A stretch of 54,878 nt of DNA from a virus (taxonomy: Duplodnaviria > Caudoviricetes), in IMG/VR virus record IMGVR_UViG_3300030099_002160, positions 1 to 54,878 of that record; one strand, written 5' to 3'. Numbering within the stretch: the stretch's first letter is position 1; each line of letters opens with the position of its first letter. The notes under the pieces were generated by a model. The model had not been told where the DNA came from. It saw nothing but the letters and a program-made list of their open reading frames with translations, and made no database searches. Below, in pieces: positions 48,449-54,878 of the stretch. The position numbers and the translations under genes are program-made.

Positions 48449-48473
48449 ATCTATTGTAATAAAATTAAAAGTT

Positions 48474-48803
48474 TTGAGTAGAGATAATTACTTGAAAAAC
48501 TACAGGAATATACTGTTTGATTTTAGAGACAGTTACGGTCTTAAAATATCAGACATTGAGTTTTTGTTTTTTGTATACGATATGGAAAACTTTACAACCA
48601 AATACATCTCTGTAGACTACAGATGTTCAAATTCATTTGTAACGAGAAATTTGCCTGAACTGCTAAAAAAGGGATATATAAAAATATATTTAGAGAGAGC
48701 TCATGGTAGATCTAGAAAGTATATGATATCTCAAAATGGTAAATTATTAGTAACTAGGTTTTATAGACTATTAAAAGAAACAACATATGGCACGTTTAAA
48801 TAG
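48474..48803 (+). CDS. MarR-like winged-helix DNA-binding protein (TTG start)
   Basis: LKISDIEFLFFV...LPELLKKGYI...RKYMISQNGK. Confidence 0.65.
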   Translation: MSRDNYLKNYRNILFDFRDSYGLKISDIEFLFFVYDMENFTTKYISVDYRCSNSFVTRNLPELLKKGYIKIYLERAHGRSRKYMISQNGKLLVTRFYRLLKETTYGTFK

Positions 48804-51087
48804 AAGAAGGCTAAAAGATTTTAAGATAGAAGAAGATGAATTAGGAAATGTAACCGTAGAGGACACATCAGTGCCTGCAAATAAGTATACTAAAATGACT
48901 ACCGCTGATCTGCAAAAAGCTTTTGGTCAGTTTTATGATTTTGAAGGAGACAAGTTTACAGACTCTCAAAGAAGATTTGCTACTGGAAGACCACAAAACT
49001 GGGCTAGATTATTCGAGACTCCTGAAATAACTAACTTTAATTTTAACCCTAGAAAAGCTACGAGTCCATTCTATCGTGGAAGTCAAGATAAAGGAGTTAA
49101 TCAACATCCATATAGTCTTAGTGCTGTATTGCTAGATCAAAGTCCTGAAGTTTTAGAGAGGCTTTTAGCTATGGAATATCAAAGAGCTCCTAGAAAATTA
49201 GAATCTAACGAATCAATAAAGAAAAGATTTGGCTTAGAAGGCAAAACAATATCTGCTGCTGACAGGATGCAGATGAAAAAAATAGATCAGAAAAAATTAG
49301 AAAAAGAATTTGAAAAATTAAAAAAGAATCCAAACTACAAGGGTCACGCTGCTGATCTTCAGTTGATGAGAAAACTTTTAAACATGCCTAATCTTAACAG
49401 CACTGAAGCTGATCTTATAGGTGAACAACTAAAGAGTGCTAAAATAAGAGACGCTATAGTAGCAAAATATCCTCAGTTCGAAAAAGACGCTGCTGAAGGT
49501 AAGGCTCCTTACAGAAGAAGATCTGGAACTAGAGGCAAGGGTGGTGAATTTATAAACGCACCGCAAAACTATCAGATGAATCTACAGGCTTCTAATATAA
49601 AAGGAGATCCTAGCAAAGAATGGTTAAAAGTTCAAAGCGTATCTAATAGAGGTGCTACAGAACAGGGTACTGGCGGATTAGACAAACCACAAATAGTGCA
49701 AGAGCTATCTAAGGATAATGAGTTCTTCTCTGGTTTAGATATCGGGAGGGGAGATCTACGGTTCGATCCAAAGATAACTAGACTAGGTGAAGAAGGTAAT
49801 CAATTATTTAACTTTGGTGTTAGGTATGATGAAGAGTCTGGTAGGCACTTTTCTGAAGGAAGAAAAAGATTCTTAACACAAGAGGAAGAACAAATATATA
49901 GAAATGCGGCTGCTAACAAGTACGTAGAGGATTCTGGTTGGACCATGTTTGAACCAAGTTCAGATATAGAATCTACTCCTTCTCCTACTTCCGTTCCTTC
50001 TGGCAAGACGCAAGATATGAATATTGTAAGAGAAACAAGGGTTGATCCTGAGTCTCAACTATCAATGACCCCTGTATCTAGTGATCCTTTAGAAATAACT
50101 CAAGACTTGTCACTGCCCCCTCAGCCCGATGCTAAAAAAGAAAAAGAGGGAAAAGTAGAAGCAGAGTTTCCTACGATGAAGTTTCAAGATGGTGATGATG
50201 ATCCAGTAGGTAGCTTTTTAAAAGAAGACGAATCTATAGATGCTATACTTAAATCTTTAGAGACAGGTAAAAATGTTCAAGATAAATCTGAGTACACTGA
50301 AAAAGATCTGGAAAGAGATAAGAAAATCATAGAAGAAACATACGGTAAGGATGCCGCTAGTGAGCTTCAAGATAAGATAGATGAACAAAAACAAAAGCTA
50401 AAAGCCTTAAAAGAAGAAAAGGAAAAAGATGAAGAAGATAGTGATGAAGAAGGTGATGATGATACAGTAGGAACCATGGACAATGATGTTGATGATGACA
50501 TAGAATCTACTGAAAGGGAGATAAGAGATCTAGAATCTGAACTGGACTACACACCTCAGACAATAGCAGGTGTTCCTGACTACACCCCACAAACAGAGGA
50601 TATAGATATGGCTTTCAAAGGTCTTAAGATACCTAAGTATCAAGAGGGGGGTAAAGACTTTATTCTTATGCCTCAAGGTAAAGACAATCAAAGTGCTAGA
50701 CAAAAAGAAGCAGACTTCTTTAATAATCTATACAAAAACTTCGGAGAAAATTTTTCCGCTTCAGACATAGTTCTAAGTATGGTGCCAGGAGTTGGTCCGT
50801 TAAGCAAGGCTAGAAAAGCTGTAAAAGCAAGTAAACAATTAAAGATACCTTTTCCTAAGCTAACTAAGGGGACTAAGAATCTTAGCAATCAGCGTATGAA
50901 AAATATGACCCCTACACAGCAGAGAAAGGCAGATGAACAAATAATAGATGAAATAATAAAAAAGCATGGTAAAGACTCCAAGCAGTATAAAGATGCTTTT
51001 AATCAATATTCAGACAATACAATGAAAGGGTTTTATATGGAAGTTCCAAAAAAGGGAGATCCATTTTATGAATATCAACTTAGATAA
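48787..51087 (+). CDS. 766-aa hypothetical protein with acidic/coiled-coil region, possibly internal virion protein
   Basis: long ORF; D/E tract; DYTPQT twice; KYQEGG motif. Confidence 0.7.
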   Translation: MARLNRRRLKDFKIEEDELGNVTVEDTSVPANKYTKMTTADLQKAFGQFYDFEGDKFTDSQRRFATGRPQNWARLFETPEITNFNFNPRKATSPFYRGSQDKGVNQHPYSLSAVLLDQSPEVLERLLAMEYQRAPRKLESNESIKKRFGLEGKTISAADRMQMKKIDQKKLEKEFEKLKKNPNYKGHAADLQLMRKLLNMPNLNSTEADLIGEQLKSAKIRDAIVAKYPQFEKDAAEGKAPYRRRSGTRGKGGEFINAPQNYQMNLQASNIKGDPSKEWLKVQSVSNRGATEQGTGGLDKPQIVQELSKDNEFFSGLDIGRGDLRFDPKITRLGEEGNQLFNFGVRYDEESGRHFSEGRKRFLTQEEEQIYRNAAANKYVEDSGWTMFEPSSDIESTPSPTSVPSGKTQDMNIVRETRVDPESQLSMTPVSSDPLEITQDLSLPPQPDAKKEKEGKVEAEFPTMKFQDGDDDPVGSFLKEDESIDAILKSLETGKNVQDKSEYTEKDLERDKKIIEETYGKDAASELQDKIDEQKQKLKALKEEKEKDEEDSDEEGDDDTVGTMDNDVDDDIESTEREIRDLESELDYTPQTIAGVPDYTPQTEDIDMAFKGLKIPKYQEGGKDFILMPQGKDNQSARQKEADFFNNLYKNFGENFSASDIVLSMVPGVGPLSKARKAVKASKQLKIPFPKLTKGTKNLSNQRMKNMTPTQQRKADEQIIDEIIKKHGKDSKQYKDAFNQYSDNTMKGFYMEVPKKGDPFYEYQLR

Positions 51088-51093
51088 TATATT

Positions 51094-51534
51094 ATGAAAA
51101 AAGGAATGATGATAATAATAGAAGGTGCAAGTGATCACTCTATGCAGAGCGGAGGTGAAGAAATAGATGTTTATGGATATCAAACAGAAAATTTTCATAT
51201 ATGTCCTGGAGCTAAAGAGTCTTTTGAAAAACTTGTAAAAGCTGGGTATAGAGGAGAAGAGATGGAAAAGGTTTCTAATATGGCTATGCTGGTAGATGAT
51301 TACTTAGGATTAGAAATACATATATTAAAAAATGGAGCTAACCAAGAAAACATAAGGGAAATGATAGACAAGGGTAACGCAGTTATGTTTTATGTGGGCT
51401 GTTTGGCTGAAAAAATTCAAGACGAAACAATCATTAGATTATTTGATTTTATGCCCGATCATTTATTAGTGGCTATGGGTATGAAAGATAATGAATTTAA
51501 TGACATGCAACCAATGCAAGATCAGTCTTGTTAA
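51094..51534 (+). CDS. hypothetical protein
   Basis: YQTENFHICPGA motif; MQSGG. Confidence 0.7.
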   Translation: MKKGMMIIIEGASDHSMQSGGEEIDVYGYQTENFHICPGAKESFEKLVKAGYRGEEMEKVSNMAMLVDDYLGLEIHILKNGANQENIREMIDKGNAVMFYVGCLAEKIQDETIIRLFDFMPDHLLVAMGMKDNEFNDMQPMQDQSC

Positions 51535-51557
51535 ATTAACTATTAAAACAAAAAATT

Positions 51558-51857
51558 ATGGCATTAGCAACAAGAAAATCAGGAAACATACATTCAAAAA
51601 CAGGTAGCGATCTATTAGCTATGAAAGCAAAGTACGATGCAAACGCATTAGACATTATGCCAAAGTATGATGACTTTCAAGCACTACTATATCAATTACA
51701 ATTATTAAGAGAGGATATTGACGAGCTTAGAAGATTTATTGCAAGTGATGAATTTTTAGAGTCAAACCCAGTAGGAGGAAGATTACCAACTAGCGATCCA
51801 AGGTCTGCTGGTAGACTATGGAATAATAATGGAGTATTGAGTGTTAGTCGAGGCTAA
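51558..51857 (+). CDS. small coiled-coil protein with LPTSDP..AG.LW tail motif, probably structural
   Basis: C-terminal LPTSDPRSAGRLWNNNGVLSVSRG, a motif recurrent in phage fibre-associated proteins. Confidence 0.65.
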   Translation: MALATRKSGNIHSKTGSDLLAMKAKYDANALDIMPKYDDFQALLYQLQLLREDIDELRRFIASDEFLESNPVGGRLPTSDPRSAGRLWNNNGVLSVSRG

Positions 51858-52237
51858 GTTCTTACCTTAGATCTATTTCTTCTGTATTCACGCCTTACAG
51901 CTTTACAGCCTTCACACCTACATCCGTTTCTATAAGCAGTAGCAGATGGACAGGGAACAGCCTCCTTTTGTCTAGCGGCAGCGTAGTTGCAAGAAGCGTG
52001 TGAGAAAGCTATATTATCCAGATCAAAAAAATTACCCACAGGATCGTCAGAGTCTAACCAAGGTGTCTTGTGCTCTACAGTCATATGCTTAGAGCTTTCT
52101 ATCTCTGCACCACACTGATAGCACCAGTTGATCTTCAAACGCCTAGCTAAACTAAATAATAACTCTTTCTTTAATCGGTGTGCGGCAGTGCCAGGGTTCA
52201 TCCCTAGCTGTTTAGTTTTTTTGGTTTTAATACACAT
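51854..52237 (-). CDS. HNH endonuclease-like protein with extra C-terminal Cys motif
   Basis: CYQCG...VEHKTP...NIAFSHASCN; YRNGCRCEGC. Confidence 0.75.
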   Translation of the reverse strand: MCIKTKKTKQLGMNPGTAAHRLKKELLFSLARRLKINWCYQCGAEIESSKHMTVEHKTPWLDSDDPVGNFFDLDNIAFSHASCNYAAARQKEAVPCPSATAYRNGCRCEGCKAVRREYRRNRSKVRT

Positions 52238-52482
52238 TACTTACGTTTTTTGTTTAACTTAACGCCCCTAGCTCTACGATCACCAGGAGTCCTAGTCTTG
52301 TTGCCCCTGTTCTTAGAAGGATCTTCCATGATCACAGTACCATCAGCCATGTGAGAAACATCTTTGCCGCCCTTGCCATATATCCTTTTCTTTCTGCGGA
52401 TCTTGTTGAGCTTGGCACGCTTTTTCTTAGACTTAGAATCGCTGTGAAACTTCTTGTATTCTTTTTTGTAATTCCTAGGCAT
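52237..52482 (-). CDS. small basic protein, degenerate HNH-like (start reassigned to MPRNY)
   Basis: RNYKKEY...GKDVSH...PSKNRG; promoter directly upstream of 52482. Confidence 0.7.
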   Translation of the reverse strand: MPRNYKKEYKKFHSDSKSKKKRAKLNKIRRKKRIYGKGGKDVSHMADGTVIMEDPSKNRGNKTRTPGDRRARGVKLNKKRK

Positions 52483-52486
52483 AAGG

Positions 52487-52494
52487 CAAATATA
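52487..52494 (-). promoter_or_regulatory. Bacteroidota -7 promoter element
   Basis: TATATTTG 4 nt upstream of ATG 52482. Confidence 0.6.
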
Positions 52495-52864
52495 ATAAAA
52501 ATGATGAGATATGCAAAGATTTGGGATAACTATACAATATACAGGGTAACAGCTGTCACACCAAATCAACATTATGCAAGGGGGTACCCTAGACCAGAAC
52601 AACAATAACAAATACAAACGTCGTTTTTTGCCCTGCCCGTACAATTTTGTATGTCGTTTTTAGCACTACCCCAACCTGTACAGAATTTTTTTGGGGGGTC
52701 ACAGCTCTTCGTCCTAATTCAATTTTATTTTGAGTGTGAGGTGTGAATAAATCCGAGACAATCCTACCTACATTTCCCATTATGACTCTGTTAACAATCT
52801 GAAGTGTATTTAGTTTTTTGTGTGATCATAATTAAAAATCTAATAACGAGAGTGAACGGGGCAT

Positions 52865-52888
52865 AAAAAAAGGGGGCAAAACCCCCTT
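52865..52888 (-). terminator. intrinsic terminator
   Basis: minus strand AAGGGGG-ttttg-CCCCC-T7. Confidence 0.75.
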
Positions 52889-52908
52889 CAAAAATTTAGT
52901 AGTTAATT

Positions 52909-53193
52909 TTATATTCTCGGTAGAAAGTGTTCATCGTTACGAATCAAACCTCCGACATCGTGCATTAATGTCTGTGCAATCATTTTTCTATACCCAAATG
53001 ACTCATAACACTCTTTGTCTTGTTCGTGAGTTTCTACAAATCGAATCATTTCCTTTGTCCAATTTGGATTGTCCAACATTACTCCGAGAATCATCCATCC
53101 GTAGTTGTCAGAGTTCCAGAATGTAGGGATGTACTCTCTCATTATTTTCTGTCCTCTTTTTAGTGTTTTCGCTTTAAGTTTTTTAGTCTCCAT
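52909..53193 (-). CDS. hypothetical protein
   Basis: 94-aa ORF with AACTATG start context and downstream terminator. Confidence 0.7.
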   Translation of the reverse strand: METKKLKAKTLKRGQKIMREYIPTFWNSDNYGWMILGVMLDNPNWTKEMIRFVETHEQDKECYESFGYRKMIAQTLMHDVGGLIRNDEHFLPRI

Positions 53194-53209
53194 AGTTAGT
53201 TAATTTTAG

Positions 53210-53299
53210 TTAGTATTTTGTGCTTAGTTTAATGTAAGTAAATAGTATTATACAAAATATATATTGTACCCATATTAAGTTGTTAATTAATTCAATCAT
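53210..53299 (-). CDS. 29-aa hydrophobic peptide missing from the ORF track
   Basis: MIELINNLIWVQYIFCIILFTYIKLSTKY; AACTATG start context; follows a promoter-like motif. Confidence 0.5.
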   Translation of the reverse strand: MIELINNLIWVQYIFCIILFTYIKLSTKY

Positions 53300-53349
53300 A
53301 GTTATAAATTTTTTGGTTATTTCCAGCAATATACAAAAATTACACAAAT

Positions 53350-53372
53350 AAAAAAAGGGAGCATCTGCTCCC
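53350..53372 (-). terminator. intrinsic terminator
   Basis: minus strand GGGAGC-agat-GCTCCC-T7. Confidence 0.75.
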
Positions 53373-53400
53373 CCCTTTCACTATCATAATTCACTATCAT

Positions 53401-53685
53401 CTAATCGTCTGACAGAAAATATTTGATTTGCTCTAGTTGGTCTAATACTTTAGCTGTATTACCTTCAATGTTAAAATAGTCCTTGACAATTTTTAATGTC
53501 CAATCTCTATAAGGTTTTAATCCTTCGCTAAACAATCTGACATCCCTAATACATATAGCTAAATTATATTCTGCTTTAGTTCGCATCCTTCCGTTTATAT
53601 TCATTGGTTTGTCAAAATCTTTTGCCCATCGACTGTCCAACATTCTGTAATAAGTTTCTTTTAAAATTAGTTTTTCGGTATTCAT
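53401..53685 (-). CDS. hypothetical protein
   Basis: 94-aa ORF bracketed by a promoter-like motif and a terminator. Confidence 0.7.
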   Translation of the reverse strand: MNTEKLILKETYYRMLDSRWAKDFDKPMNINGRMRTKAEYNLAICIRDVRLFSEGLKPYRDWTLKIVKDYFNIEGNTAKVLDQLEQIKYFLSDD

Positions 53686-53723
53686 TTTTTATAATTTTTT
53701 TTGGTTAAGTCTGCAATATATAT

Positions 53724-53750
53724 AAAAAAAATGGGAGTACAAAACTCCCA
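53724..53750 (-). terminator. intrinsic terminator
   Basis: minus strand TGGGAGT-tttgt-ACTCCCA-T8. Confidence 0.75.
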
Positions 53751-53792
53751 CCAAAAATAATTTTTTACCGATATGTTTTAAATAGATCTATT

Positions 53793-54065
53793 CTAAAATC
53801 TAAATATGAGAGAGAACAAACTCCTCTTTTTTTTAGTTAGTAACTCAGGGTATTTGTCACATATATGTCTGTAAGTATTTATTTGATTTTCTTTATTTTC
53901 TAAATTCATTTGTAAATCATCTATATTACCATCTTTATCAAACCTTGGATACTTGGTCCATAAGTAATGATTCTTACCATTTTTATCTATCCAATGAACT
54001 TTAGACTTGTAATATATTAATTCTTTTTTCCATTCATTGAAACAAGTGAAATCTTTATTCTTCAT
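53793..54065 (-). CDS. hypothetical protein
   Basis: 90-aa ORF bracketed by promoter and terminator. Confidence 0.65.
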   Translation of the reverse strand: MKNKDFTCFNEWKKELIYYKSKVHWIDKNGKNHYLWTKYPRFDKDGNIDDLQMNLENKENQINTYRHICDKYPELLTKKKRSLFSLIFRF

Positions 54066-54123
54066 AGTAGTAGTTTAAGGTTTATATTTAATTGTGCAAT
54101 ATAACTGCACAGTTTCTTTAATG

Positions 54124-54131
54124 CAAATATA
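54124..54131 (-). promoter_or_regulatory. Bacteroidota -7 promoter element
   Basis: TATATTTG in the intergenic region upstream of ATG 54065. Confidence 0.6.
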
Positions 54132-54361
54132 TACAAATTTATTATATAAAAAAATTTTTCACTTTTATTTGGTATTAATTATAATTTGTGTAATTTTACG
54201 ACATAAGGCACTTGTGGATAAGATTAAAAGACAAGCAGTCAAAATTTATATTAACCCTCTGAGTATGATAATAAATACAGAGTATAAACAAACAGAATTA
54301 TCTGAAAGAAAAACAGTAATCTTATCTACGAGTGTATAATGTTAAACTAAAAAACAATACT

Positions 54362-54574
54362 ATGGAACTATACACATTAGAATACTACAGACACAAATCT
54401 AAAGTACAACAATTACAAATTGATTGGTTAGATGAACTATGCAACTACGAGAGAGAGGGTTGGAATGAATTTAATGACGATGAAGACAGAGATGAAAGGA
54501 GAGAAGACATAGATAATCTGTACAAACTTTTCACTGAAGAACAAAAGAAATTTAAAGAACTTTATAACCTATAA
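54362..54574 (+). CDS. acidic hypothetical protein (start likely MELY at 54362)
   Basis: A-rich ACTATG start context. Confidence 0.6.
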   Translation: MELYTLEYYRHKSKVQQLQIDWLDELCNYEREGWNEFNDDEDRDERREDIDNLYKLFTEEQKKFKELYNL

Positions 54575-54597
54575 TTATTAACTAAAAAACTATAACT

Positions 54598-54878
54598 ATG
54601 GAAACAAAATGTAAACTCAAGATGTTTAAAAATCAAACACTAATTTTAAAGAAACTAATAGAACTTATAGAACATAACACCCACAATATGTGGGACTCCA
54701 ATCTACAAGACACAACTGATTGTATAATACTTGAAGACAAGGAACTTAAAGACATGGTACACGAAGAAGATACTATGGAAAAAGATTTTAAGAATCATAA
54801 GTTTAATGGCTCCGAGATATTAAAAATCGTAGATCTGCTAAAAAAAGACTTGTATAATTCTTCTGATTGGGAAGAGGA
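54598..54878 (+). CDS. hypothetical protein, truncated by the window end
   Basis: METKCKLKMFKNQ... stays open to position 54878; AACTATG context. Confidence 0.65.
   Translation, partial: METKCKLKMFKNQTLILKKLIELIEHNTHNMWDSNLQDTTDCIILEDKELKDMVHEEDTMEKDFKNHKFNGSEILKIVDLLKKDLYNSSDWEE

Noticed and set aside
50545-50595. DYTPQT duplicated in the 766-aa protein
   Set aside because: Only two copies of a hexapeptide in a disordered region; no further structure
52351-52780. Track ORFs 52351-52608 (+), 52589-52780 (-) and the 5' extension of 52237-52644
   Set aside because: Non-ATG starts and atypical composition; the promoter at 52487 supports the shorter MPRNY start
54094-54339. 81-aa + strand ORF
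   Set aside because: GTG start, overlaps promoter motifs in a very AT-rich divergent region; likely spurious
1-54878. Stop-codon reassignment as seen in some crAss-like phages
   Set aside because: The standard code gives intact long ORFs and dense tiling; TAG (e.g. 6509, 35108, 51087) and TGA (e.g. 2932, 3633) both end genes at sensible boundaries
1-54878. tRNA, rRNA, integrase, transposase, DGR reverse transcriptase, introns or inteins
   Set aside because: None recognised by eye; TerL, portal, MCP and helicase look uninterrupted. tRNAscan-SE and Infernal runs would be needed to exclude RNA genes

Overview
This window is about 55 kb of an AT-rich tailed dsDNA phage genome with podovirus-like, crAss-like architecture. 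The host is almost certainly a Bacteroidota (Flavobacteriia-type) bacterium, judged from TAnnTTTG promoters, A-rich translation starts without Shine-Dalgarno sites and Q-rule signal peptides. (1) + strand 11-4873: replication and lysis genes (DnaA domain IV-like HTH, SSB-like protein, replisome-organizer-like protein, T7/Twinkle primase-helicase, endonuclease I-like nuclease, holin). (2) - strand 48375->5000: morphogenesis genes (fibre-like proteins, DUF1599, tandem GroES, TerS/TerL, portal, scaffold, major capsid, three tail ring proteins, tail stabilisation protein, three probable ejected proteins up to 3954 aa), then an accessory block of exported proteins, small basic proteins and a DUF5675 candidate endolysin. 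(3) + strand 48474-51857: wHTH regulator and probable virion proteins. (4) Right end: HNH-like genes and small promoter-gene-terminator cassettes. The most interesting signals are a phage-encoded host-envelope module (outer-membrane beta-barrel, LDLa-like protein with a T9SS-type tail, exported thioredoxin-fold protein lacking CxxC), a candidate programmed -1 slip at an A10 run in the giant gene, and two short peptide motifs shared by unrelated probable virion proteins. All family calls come from motif recognition by eye; no database search was run.
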